Origin: Octopus bimaculoides | Lineage: Eukaryota | Assembly (NCBI RefSeq): GCF_001194135.2 | Contig: NC_068981.1 | Location: 153,928,744 to 153,992,743 of the forward strand | Direction of reading: 5' to 3' | Length of the DNA: 64,000 nt | Shown: positions 1 to 12,579 of the stretch, piece after piece | Numbering within the stretch: position 1 is the first letter of the stretch | Layout: each line of letters opens with the position of its first letter | Program-made: the position numbers and the translations under genes | The notes under the pieces: model-generated | What the model was told of the DNA's origin: nothing | Database searches by the model: none | Seen by the model: only the letters and a program-made list of their open reading frames with translations

Positions 1-35
<35 letters not shown>

Positions 36-1429
36 TACGACGGGCTTCTTTCAGTTTCCGTCTACCAAATCCACTCACAAGGCTTTGGTCGGCCCGAGGC
101 TATAGTAGAAGACACTTGCCCAAGGTGCCACGCAGTGGGACTGAACCCGGAACCATGTGGTTCATAAGCAAGCTACTTACCACACAGCCACTCCTACGCC
201 TAATGATGTAACTGTATGATGACTAGTGAATGATGAAAATGTTCTATATTGACAGTGGAAGGTATCTATGGCCAAGAAATATTGTGGGAAGCATGATTGG
301 AAAGTGGTGAGATTATAACTCAGGTTGCTAAGCCTCATAAATTAGATAATTCAAGATTAAGATGCTTGACTATATAGAGTTGTTATGCAGAACAATCCAA
401 CTCATGACAAGATGGTAAAATAGATTTTACAACATTAATGGTGCCATGGTCTTGCTGTTATGCAAAAAGCACCTATGCCAATGTGAGTAAAATGCACCTG
501 TGCCAATGCAACATAAAAACGCTTGTACCAGTACATAAAAATACCCGTGCCAGTGCCATGTAAAAAGCATGTAGTACTCTCTGTAAAGTGGTTGGCATTA
601 GGAAGGGCATCAAACTGTAGAAAGTATACCAAAACAGACAAGTAGAGCCTGGGCAGCTCTCCAGCAGGCCGGTTCCTGTGAAACTGTCCAACCCATGTCA
701 GCATGGAAAATGGACTTTAAATGATGATGGTGAATACACACACACACACACACACATACATTTGCACATATATGTGTGTGAGTGATGATGATGATGATGA
801 AGATGAGGAATGAACTACTGTGATATTATTATAAATTCTACATTAAAGCTATGGGATTATTTCTCTGTACAAACATCCAGCCAAGATGGTAAACTTTACT
901 ATGTTGGACATAGCAAAGTTTAGGAAATGTTAAGAAAATGGCAGAGCATCTGCCATTTCCTTAACATGTTCCAAAAAAAACATTTTTGGTGGGTTAAAAA
1001 CGAAAGCAAAAATATACACATACACAGAGAATCTCAGGCAAACTCAGAAACATAGAGAGGCACAAATACATACGTACATACATACATACATACATACATA
1101 CATACACACATACACATAGGTGCAGGCATGGCTGTGTAGTAAGAAGCTTGCTTCTCAACCACATGGTTCTTGGTTCAGTCCCACTGCATGGCACCTTGGG
1201 CAAGTGTCTTCTACCCTTGTAAGTGGAATTGGTAGACGGAAACACACACACACATGTATAGACAGACAGATAGATAGAGATATTACATAAACATATAATT
1301 TACACACATACTTATATGATGGCAAGCTATGCAAGTTTGGCAAAAAGTCTGCCAGAATAAATACCTTGACTACATCATTTGTTCACATGATAATCAGTTG
1401 AACTTTCCATGAATGGAGGCTTTAAATAC

Positions 1430-2790
1430 AGAATTTTAGTATGAAAAAAGCAGAGTGAATTCAGACCCCATTCAGTTCAGTCCTGGTCAGTAATACTACA
1501 GACCTTCCTTCAGGGTTACATATGACATGGTACAGCAAAAACTGTAAGACAGAGCTGAAAAAGCAAGAGTCCAACAAGAGAGAATTGGAAAACAGCAGCC
1601 CAGAGTTAAGAACAATGGGGAAGTCATCATTAATCTATGTTCCACAGGGAGTCAAGGTTGTAATTGGGTACTTCACTAATGGAACTTTAGTATGCAGATG
1701 ATGCCATGGACACAGTGACTTCAGTAGATTAATTGCACACAATTACTAACATTTTCACTGATACATTTACATGCTGCTGCCACATAAAAAGCACCCAGTA
1801 CACTATGTAAAGTAGTTGGCATTATGAAGGGCATCCAGCTATAGAAACCATGCCAAAACAGATGACTGGAGCCTGGTGCAGCCTTCTGGCTGCTTGCCAG
1901 CTATTGTCAAACCATCCAATTTATACCAGCATAGAAAATGGATGTTAAATGATGATGATGGCGATATTAGAGCAATGGCTTTCCATCAAGTATCCAACAA
2001 AGAGAAACTTGGTTCAGCTATTCAGTTATGGGACAGAGTGGGAAGAATGTAGAACACTTCTAGCATTTAGATAGGCAACCATCTTTCAAAGAATGCAAAT
2101 AGTGATCTCAAATTTCGGCACAAGGCCAGCAATTTTGGGGGAGGGGGTATGTCAGGTACATCAACTCCAGCTTTCAGCAGGCACTTATTTTATTGAAAAG
2201 GATGAAAGACAAAGCTGACTTTGTCAGAATTTGAACTCAGAACATAAAGACAGATGAAATTCCACTAAATATTTTGCCTGGTGTGCCAACAATTCTGCCA
2301 GTTTGCAAATATTAATGAAGAGATCCAGTATCAGGTAAAATGTGCCTGCACAACTTTTAGTCATGTGAAAAGATGAGAATAGGGAGTACATATACCCACC
2401 CTGTCCATATGTCTCTGAAATCTGTGCAAGTTATAATCCACATTTCCATTAGGTGGAGATATATACCATCAGTGGTGTCTGAAGAAATCCATGCACATCC
2501 AGTGGTAGAACACATGGAGGGATATTAGCATGTTTGAGCAACCTAATATCTCCTGCCTTGATACCATGGCTCTAGGACATCAGCTTTAATGAGCTGGCCA
2601 CATCATCTGAATACAAGATTGGTTGCCCAAACAAGTGTTTTACCTCCAGCTGATTTAAGAAGAACACACAAAGAGGACAAAAGAAGTGGTTCTGGTTCAA
2701 AAATGTAATTTAAAAAATTTGAAAAAGTGTGACATCACTGTGTGCAAGTGGGAAACATTGACAAATAAGCAGCACAAACGAGAACAGATC
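1430..2790 (+). mobile_element. Old LINE relic(s) (RT core at ~1430-1730, RTE-like C-terminus at ~2370-2790) split by later insertions
   Basis: YDMV, VPQG and *YADDA motifs; downstream QL**AGHII*IQDWLPKQVFY. Whether both pieces belong to one element is not certain. Confidence 0.55.
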
Positions 2791-4499
2791 ATCTATAATG
2801 GAGTCCAACACATTGAATAACATAGTTCTAGACACATTATGCCAGGAAAAAAGAAAGATAACCGAAATACCTTTGATCATAGAGTTGAGATGCTACCATC
2901 CTACTTTACATCTGACCCAACATTAAATTAATTGTTTTTGCATATGAATGACTCATTTGAGTTTGTGGCCTCAGTGATTATCATTATTATTTTTTCTTTC
3001 TTTTGTGCTTGAATATGCTAATTTTCATTCCTACTCCTGCACATCTTACTTTGTAATTCTCTCATCACAATTTTGGCAAGTACAGTGATGTCTGTTTTCC
3101 TGAAGTGGCCATAAGACTAAAACATGTTGATAGTTGTCTCACATGCTTACTAAACTTATCAAAATGTTTAATCAGAAAGCTCATATTATCTTTACTTCAC
3201 AGCATAAATGTTTCTAATTAGATATATAAAATTTTTTTATGATCACATTAAATATATTAACACTAGTTTAACTAGTGTTTTCCAAGCAGATAGTACCATA
3301 AAGTTGTAGTGTTGTTTAGACTTAGGTCAGCCCTGATTGAGTAAACCTATGACCAAACAACAGTCCAGTCTTAACCATCCAGTCATTTTAGAATCCAGGA
3401 CAAAACTGTGCAAATGAGTACTTTCCTTCAGTAAGATGTGTTTCAGTTAGTATAGCTCAAGGGGTGAGGAGTGTAAAAAAAACTGCACAGGGCAGTAACT
3501 TGGTGTGGGGTAGCAAACATATTCTTTTATTCTTTTACTTGTTTTAGTCATTTGACTGCAGCCATGCTGGAGCACTGCCTTAAAAGGTTTTAGTTGAAGA
3601 AATTGATCCCAGGACTTATTCTTTGTAAGCCTAGTACTTATCTTATGGATCTCTTTTGCTGAACCACTAAATTATGGAGACATAAACACACCAGCATCGA
3701 TTGGCATGCAATGGTGGAAGGACAAACAGATACAAACACATAGATACACACACACACACATATGGAGGATTACTCCATCGGTTACTACGATGAAAGTCCC
3801 AGCTGATACGATCAATGGAACAGCTTGCTTGTGAAATTAATGTGCAAGTGGCTGAGCACTCCACAGACACATGTACCCTTAATGTAGTTCTTAGGGATAT
3901 TCAGCATGATACAAAGTGTGACAAAGCAGGCCCTTTGAAATACAGGTACTACTCATTTTTGCCAGCTGGGTGGGCTGGAGCAATGTGAAATTAAGTGCCT
4001 TGCTCAAAGACACAATGTGTCGCCAGGAATGGAACTCACGACCTTACGATTGTGAGCCAATACTCAAACCACTAAGCCACATGCCTTCACACACACACAT
4101 ACAATGGGCTTCTTTTAGTTCCATCTACCAAATCCACTCACAAAGCTTTGGTTGGCCTGAGGCTATAATAGAGGATACTTGCCCAAGGTACCACAAAGTG
4201 GGACTGAACCTGGAACCATGTGGTTGGGAAGCAAGCCTCTTACCACGCATGCACCTTGTTGAAGGTAGGTTACATTTACAGAGGCGGTCAAAACCCACAC
4301 TGTACTCATTTTATGCTACTGGAGTGATTCAAAGAAATATACCTTCAGCAGGAAAATCAATCAGCTTATCGAGCCAACAAGGGACCTGTACATGGTCACT
4401 CAGCTTACAGGAAATAAAGCACGAATTTCCCTCTATTCATAGTGTACCATCTTAATAAAAAAAAAAAAGGAGCACATTGGTTAATGTAGTCCGGTTACT

Positions 4500-7350
4500 C
4501 AGTTTCTGAAAAATAAAAATTACGTTTTATCGTAAGTCTGATAACAGAGAAAAATAATGTTTTATTTGTGATGTTACAGAGTTTGCATGTATTGGGGGTT
4601 TTTGCCAGAGCATAAAATAAAATACAAAACTGAAAATGAAAAAGATAAACAAAAACAAATGAAATCTGTCTCATCACAACAATCAGGAAACCCACACTTA
4701 TAAAGTTCGCAAAAGAAAACGTTCATAAAACTCACAGAACTCATAAAACAGTCATAAAAACAATAGCAAACAATTGAGGATCCATTAATAATTTGTTTGG
4801 TATTCAGTCTTAGAAATGAGCTCTTTTTCTTGATCAAGCGTTCATATTATTTACATCATCATCATCATCAACAACATTATCATCATCAAGATCATCATCA
4901 TCATCATCATCAACAACAAAATCATCATCATTTTAAGTCCATTAAAAATTTTTTTTTTTTTTTTTTTCNNNNNNNNNNNNNNNNNNNNNNNNNNNNNNNN
5001 NNNNNNNNNNNNNNNNNNNNNNNNNNNNNNNNNNNNNNNNNNNNNNNNNNNNNNNNNNNNNNNNNNNNNNNNNNNNNNNNNNNNNNNNNNNNNNNNNNNN
5101 NNNNNNNNNNNNNNNNNNNNNNNNNNNNNNNNNNNNNNNNNNNNNNNNNNNNNNNNNNNNNNNNNTTATGCCCCCCCCCCACCACCACCACCACCAAAAA
5201 AAAAACGAAAAGAGAAAACATGACGTGCAAAACTAGATACCGTCATGCAAGTCTCCATCATTTTTAATGAACTGTCACAAGATCTTTTCATATACTTCAT
5301 ACATTTTTCTCTTTGTGTGTGCGTGCGCGGGTGCGCGCGCGTTATCAATATTGTCGCCTAACTCAAAATTGGCTCTTTTCATCCACTTGCTCTATCTTCC
5401 TATCAATAACATCTGTTACTGCAAATTCCAAGCTGTCATTTAACTGAATTATTTACTAGAATATAAAGACATTGCGACTGAGAAGGGTGAACATCCCAAA
5501 GCATCTTACAGGTTAAATGCAATAATTATACGATACTTCGAGGCACTGACATGTCTAATCTAGTTCAAACTAGTATCGTATGTACTGATAACAATAATGA
5601 GAATAACTTCAACTATAGCTATGACAGATATAATGAAAATACACCCAGTGTGTTATCTCGACAAGGTGAAACAATGAAGCAAAATACAATAGCAAGATCA
5701 AGCACGTCTACAGTAATTTTGATGATGTAAATTGATGTTAGTTGTTTTTGTTTGGTTGTTGTTGTTTTTTTCTATCTAATATAGATATATGATCGCTTCA
5801 GGAAATATTGAGTAACTGGACGACATAGGGGAGATGTGAGAGATGTACCAAACAACCTCATTGAATGGAATATAATTAGATAATAGGAGAAAGGCCGATA
5901 GACGACAGCTTCATGAACTTACAGAGACAAACACATTGTCGCGGACCAGATCTAGACTTAAACCGATACAAAGACAGGCAGATGAAAGCAGTGAGCGAAT
6001 CATGATGAGATCTTAAATGACGAAGAAACTCGTCGGTTAGATCTTCATCCCAGGCCGCGAAAACCCCCTCGTGCCCTTAATTTCACGAGAACTGAAACCA
6101 TAGGAATGTGACTACATATGTTTATATACTCATAACCCACGCCAATCAGTTAAAAGATGTACATGTTCATATGTTATATCTGAAAATAAAAATTTGCTTC
6201 TACTTCAGTAATAAAAGATAGACAAACTGAGCGAAACGTCGACAGAGCAGACTGATGGTGGGTAAACAAACTTACAAGAAGTACATAGTAAATATACAAA
6301 CAGGCAGACTCATAAACGTACAGTAAAACGAGTTGTTCACTGATTATAACTACACCGCAAATAGAAAAGTAGACAAGCAAACGTAGAGGGAGACACGTTA
6401 ATGAGAAGGTAAACTCACAAACAAGTAGATACACAGACGGACAGTTAGACAGGCAAACAATCAGACTCAGCGTGACGATTTACAAAACTAGACAGAAAGT
6501 GACAGACACAGAGTTAGGACCGACCTAAAGAGAGATTGACAGAGATAGAAATAAGCCAAAGAGAGAGGTGGGGGAGAGACGATTACAGCCAGAAACAGAT
6601 ACAGAGATAGGACTAGTTCAGAGAGAGGATGACAAAGAGATATAGAGTCAGGATTAATACAGGAAGAGATGACAGTGACAGACAAATGTACGGACTGACA
6701 AGCAAGCAGCTAAATAAGCAGATGTACTAGATATAGACAGAAAGATAAATAGAAATACAATCATATAAGATATAGTATATTAACTCAGAGTTACATAAAA
6801 TGTAACTGACACATGACTAGACGAGAATTCCTGGACGGGGAGAAAGAAGATATCAAGTTAGAGAAACTGAGAGACAAGATAAACAAGTGTTAGAGATAGA
6901 ATCGGAAAGAGAAAAATACAGGGGATTGAGAAAGAGAGAAAGAGAGAGGCTGTCAGAGAGAGAGAAAGAGAGAGGCTGTCAGAGAGAGAAAGCAGGCCAG
7001 TGAGACAGAGAAAGAAGAAAGAGCGAGCGAGAGAGAGAGAAGATGAGGAAGATATGAAAAGAACGATGGAGTTGAGAAGATACTGAAGACAGAGAAAAGA
7101 ATGAGAGAGAGAGGGAATTTAGTAAAAGCTCCAAATGGAACAGATACAGACAGGAAAACGTGCGTGTGTGTGTGTGTGTAGATAGATCGAGAGAGAAAAA
7201 AGCGAGAGGAGTAGTGATAGACAGGTAGACAGTATGTGTATGTGCGCGCGTTTGTGTGTGTATGTGTGTTTGTGTGTAAGAGAGAAAAAAAAGTGAGTAA
7301 GCCAAAACAGTTTTGGAACGAGGAGGGAAAAGTAGAGTCCAGTAGCTGTA
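4500..7350. promoter_or_regulatory. CpG-retaining block, putative promoter/first-exon region
   Basis: CpG-rich unique sequence (e.g. 5320-5360, 5890-6090). Candidate minus-strand exon at 5923-6091. GA-rich tract at 6500-7200. Confidence 0.35.
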
Positions 7351-7991
7351 ATGGCAGACATTTTACAGTCCATAAACAAACCAAAGTTAATATATCTATC
7401 TGCACACTGCAATGAAACTAGGATAGATCCTATCCTTATATCATTTTTACATTTCTCATTTCTCTTTAGAAGTATGCAATTTACCATAAAGAAAGAAAAA
7501 AAAAATGTAATCAGTGCAGGTTTCTATGGTTACTGACTGTTTTCCTTGGAATTAGAATCTGCTGTCTCCCTCTCTACCACAGATAAACTTTCTTCCATTC
7601 TGTCTCTCTATATACTTTTGGGTGCAGGCATGACTGGGTGGTTAAAAAGTTTACTTCACAGATAGACAGGTGTGGTTTTGGATTTCATTGCACTGCACAG
7701 AATTTGGGTAAGAGTTTTCCACTCTAACTTCAGGTTGACCAAAGCCAAGAAGCATTCCCATTTTTTTGGTGATGGTCTTAAAACATTATCTAGCTTAAAA
7801 TCATAATCTTGCTCTTGGTTGTCTTTAGTGAAGTCCACTCTTTTGTAAGGACAAAAGTTGTAACATTGCCTTCAGGATTTGAATGGCTTATCTACTGTAA
7901 ACTGTATAACCATACTAATTGCTACACCAAAGCAACATTACAACCCTTGACTGTTTGAATTAGACTTAACACAAGTTGTTATGCACATGTT

Positions 7992-8030
<39 letters not shown>

Positions 8031-8226
8031 TATATGAATGAGTAACAAAGAGGCACAGGTGTACACCTGTACCTCTTTGTTACTCATTTATACTTTATTC
8101 ACCTATCCTGGAATCAGATCTAACTTGGGGCTAAACAACAGCAACAACAACTACTATTTGTAATAAGCTGAGCAACCAGAATTTCTCATTAGATCAAGAG
8201 AAAGGACTGCAGGAGTATGTGAGAAG

Positions 8227-8258
<32 letters not shown>

Positions 8259-9205
8259 AGAGAGATCTAAGGAAGTTGCAAAAGAAATTGAAGTTGATAC
8301 CAATGGAATGGGTAGAAATAATAGAGAAGAAATGGAGACAGAGTGAGTAAAAGTAAAGGGAATGAATTGGATCTACATGGAAGCAGATATGACTGTGTGG
8401 GTAAGAAGTTTGCTTCACAATCTCATGGTTCCAAGTTCAATTATGCTACACAGCACCTTGGGTAATCATCTTCTATCATAGTCATTTTTATCATAGCCAA
8501 GATTTACGAGTAAAATCTGGTAGACAGAAACTAGACCTGTTTTTAAGCCATCACCCAGTTTAACACCACTGTGGTGGTGTATGGCTTAGTGAATGTACCA
8601 TGCCACCGGGGGCTGTGGAAAGACTCAGGGGGGGGGGGCGTCGAGGAAAAATGGGTCGATAATGGGTGACCAAAACGGAGCAATGGATGTAAAAAAAAAA
8701 ATAAATAAAGGGTTAATTAGGTTAAGATTTATTTGTGAAATACTGTTATTTTGAATTTGCTGCAGAAAATGGTCTATGTCTGTGATGGTAAGTGTGGTGG
8801 TGGTGGTGGGGCATGTGAAATGTGGCCTTAGAACCAAAGGGTGGCAGTCTGAAAAAGTTTGGGAACCACTGGCTTAGTGGTTAGGGTGTTAGGCTCATGA
8901 TCAAAAGATTGCAATTTCAATTTCTGGACCGGGCAACACTTCATTTCACATTGCTCCTGTCCACTCAGCTGGCAAAAATAAGTAATCCTGCAAAGAACCA
9001 ACATCCCATCCAACTGGGGAATTTATACACCATGAAACTAGGAAACCAGTCCTTACGAGTCAGTATGACTCAAAAAGGTAACTTTACCTTTTTAAAACCA
9101 CTACTTATAATATCTTGGGTGAGTATCTTCTACCATAGTCAAAAAGTTCACCTAAAATTTATGAATGAAATGTGGTAAACAGAAACTGTGAAAAGGCTCA
9201 TTTAA

Positions 9206-9420
9206 CCGTTTAACATTTAAACCAGCTACATCTGGTCCAAATATCCAACCTGTGTTATGTATAAACCAGCCAGATTCAGCATCTCACACTTATTCTGCAG
9301 CCATTCTATAAATATAGAATCACATCAAAATCTTGAAGCTGCAAGATAATGCTTGATTAATTCAAAACCTTGTGAATAAATAAGCATTACATTTGATAGG
9401 ATAATCTGAATGCTAAACAG
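9206..9420. mobile_element. piggyBac-type MITE A (TTAA site)
   Basis: Flanked by TTAA at 9202-9205 and 9421-9424; imperfect TIRs ccgtttaacatt / aatgctaaacag. A second, inverted copy lies at about 48286-48505. Confidence 0.75.
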
Positions 9421-9424
9421 TTAA

Positions 9425-9717
9425 CCCATTACCTACCAGTGATCTCATATGAGATCATTTAAAAATTACAAATTTCGTAATTATCTGTCAATATTTATAC
9501 ATATCTAACCTTTTTGCTATAAATACTAGGTATATTTCTCTGATATTCAAATGAGGTTTGATAATTTTTCACCCAGTATCTCACTTATTTCTATTTAAAA
9601 TGTTATTTTAAAATGTTATTTTGATCATTCCAGTGTGTTTCTAAGGCTGTTTTATGCTAGAAATCAAAGTTTCATAAAAAAAAAATTCCAATTAATAGAA
9701 TTATGGGAGGTAATGGG
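9425..9717. mobile_element. piggyBac-type MITE B (TTAA site)
   Basis: TTAA|cccattacct ... aggtaatggg|TTAA: perfect 10-bp TIR with CCC/GGG termini. Confidence 0.85.
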
Positions 9718-9777
9718 TTAATGGACTGACTAAACCTGTTCTTAACCCATCACCCAGTTTAATACCATCACTAAGAG

Positions 9778-10475
9778 CAGGGGTTCTCAACTATTTTTTT
9801 TTATCTCTGGACCCCTTTGATTACTATTTTATTCTGATGGACCCCTATTCAATGTTTAAAGATACTTCTTTCAAAGTTCCTATTTTGTTTTTCACACATT
9901 AACTTTTGTAGGTTGAACTCTTTACTCTTTACTCTTTTACTTGTTTCAGTCATTTGACTGCGGCCATGCTGGAGCACCGCCTTTAGTCGAGCAAATCGAC
10001 CCCAGGAATTATTCTTTGGAAGCCTAGTACTTATTCTATCGGTCTCTTTTGCCGAACCGCTAAGTTACAGGGACGTAAACACACCAGCATCGGTTGTCAA
10101 GCGATGTTGGGAGGACAAATACAAACACACAAACATATACACACACATACATATATATATACGATGGGCTTCTTTCAGTTTCCGTCTACCAAATCCACTC
10201 ACAAGGCTTTGGTCGGCCCGAGGCTATAGTAGAAGATACTTGCCCAAGGTGCCATGCAGTGGGACTGAACCCGGAACCATGTGGTTGGTAAGCAAGCTAC
10301 TTATCACACAGCCACTCCTATGCCTATGTAAAACTTTAGAGAAAAAATCCAAGCTGTTTCTTGCATCTAAAGAAAAATATTTTCAGGGTCCCTTAAAATA
10401 CTATTTTGTTACATGGACCCCAAAAATTTTATATGGACCCCCAGGGGCCATATGGACCCTAGTTGAGAACCACTG
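9778..10475. mobile_element. hAT-type MITE containing a nested SINE
   Basis: TIRs caggggttctcaac / gttgagaaccactg; 8-bp TSD actaagag / acttagaa (6/8). SINE inserted at about 9921-10325. Confidence 0.75.
9921..10325 (-). mobile_element. Full-length tRNA-derived SINE (family A)
   Basis: tRNA-like head ggctgtg(t/a)...ggtaag..gcttgctt...ggttcagtccc, central (TA/CA) tract, tail ending in (gtaaaaga)n. Near-identical head at 38-200. Confidence 0.85.
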
Positions 10476-11917
10476 ACTTAGAACATCAAGGGTAAGTACC
10501 TTCTACCATAGTCAAAAGGTTCACCCAAGATTCATGAGTGAAACAGTGAAAAGGCCCATTTAATGGACTGGCCATACCTATTGTTGATCCATCACCCAGT
10601 TTAGTACCACCACTTGTCTCCTCAGTGCCTTTACTTAAGTCCTCTCAATTGCAAGCATTTGGACCAGGTCTCAGCACCAGTCTAAAGATAACTTGATATT
10701 ATAACATGTTGCCTCCTTTCCAACTATAGCAACACATGACTCAGTGTTTCTTACTCCATTTCACCCACTCCCTGGAGACCATATCAAAGGCCACGAGTAC
10801 TGTCCTTCCTACTCTGAATAAGCCATAAAAAGAGAAATAAAATGTGACTATTCCAGTGTTTCATTACAATGGTAAAATATAACAGACACTCTTTTGAACT
10901 GAATGACATAAAAGAGAAAGAGGCTATTTATATACTCAACATTAATAGAAATATTGGGAAAGTATTGGAGGTGGCCGAGCATTATTAATAGGAGAGCATA
11001 GAGTAATATTAGTTTTAAATAAACTCATGTTTGTCCGTGTCTGTGAGTAAGCCAATGAGGAAGCCTCTGTATGGTTACTGGATCCAGAGGAAATGGCATC
11101 CAAATTTCCCTCAAATCATACCTTTAACATGTTAAGAAAAAAGCAAGGATATATTGAATAATGTAGTCTGTCTTATAGAAGACATATGGAAAAGGAAAAA
11201 TAGACTGGATGATCATGGCTGGAATACTTTTGGTTATAGGGTAGCTCAGTAAGGACTTGCCTAGGGCTAAACACCAACAACTATCATGCATATATATATA
11301 TATATATATACATGGCGTTATATATTGGCATTAGGAAGGGCATCCAGCTGTAGAAACTCTGCTAAATTAGATTGGAGCCTGGTGTTGCCATCCGGTTTCA
11401 CCAGTCCTCAGTCAAATCGTCCAACCCATGCTAGCATGGAAAGCGGACGTTAAACGATGATGATGATGATCCATATATATCCACCTCACCAAATATGTAT
11501 GTGTACATGAATAAATGTGTGTGTGTGTGAGGGAATGATATGTAAATCTATTTTGTGAGATATATTTCAAGTTCTTAAACTCTGTTTCATCTTTTTATCA
11601 CCTAGACTATGGTGCAGTTCTAAAGTATTTTATTTACTTTATTTACCATAAATTCTTCACAGAGTACTTTGTACTGTAACAATAAGTTTCGATGAGCACT
11701 ATATATATATATATATATATATGTATATGGTTAACTAGTGCACATGTTTTTATAGGCAGTATTGACTATATGACCCTCCTAGCGTACAACAATATATGTT
11801 TCGGCAGACAGTTTCACACTAAAAATATTGTAAAACAAACCCACAAAAAAATATGTCCGTGCACGTGTGTGTGTGTGTATGTGTGTGTGCGTGCATGTGT
11901 GCGTGTGTGCATGCACA

Positions 11918-11949
<32 letters not shown>

Positions 11950-12538
11950 TGTGTGTGTGTAAGAGCAGGTCTCGTTGTGTTGTTTAGAAGTTTGCAGTGT
12001 AACAATGTGATTTCAGATTCAGTCCCTCTTCATGGCCACTTTGGGCAAGTGTCTTCTACTTCTAGCCTCTGAGTAAATTTGGAAGGCAGAAACTGAAAAG
12101 AAGCCAACCATATACATATATCATCATCATCATCATCACCACCACCACCATCATAACCATCACCATCATCATCATCATCATCATCATCGTTTCACAGGGG
12201 CATCCAGCCATAGGAACCATGCCAAAGTGGACAGCAGAGCTTAGTGCAGTCTTCTGATTAGTCAGTTCCTGTTGAACCATCCAACCCATGCCAACCTGAA
12301 AAAGGGGCATTAAATGATGATGAGGATGATGATGATGTTGGTGGTGGCAGCAGTGGTGGTGGAGGCAGCGGTGACGGCGGTGTTGGTGGCGGCAAATTGG
12401 CATACTTGTTAAAGCATTGAACACCATTCTTTGCAGCATTTGTTCTGACTCACTGTTTTCTGAGTTCAATTCTTGCTGAGTCCAAACTTACCTTTCTCCT
12501 CTCCAGAGGCCAATGATTGAAACAAGTTAAGAGATGAA

Positions 12539-12579
<41 letters not shown>

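Noticed and set aside
3970-4455. 161-aa ORF
   Set aside because: The first two-thirds is antisense SINE sequence; no recognisable domain.
10240-10325. tRNA-like A/B box sequences
   Set aside because: They are SINE heads continuing into SINE bodies; no complete cloverleaf was identified.
11692-12469. His-, Cys/Val-, Met- and Asp-rich ORFs (also 15386-15691, 24518-24793, 57184-57689)
   Set aside because: These are translations of (CA)n, (CAT)n and (TACA)n microsatellites and repeat tails.
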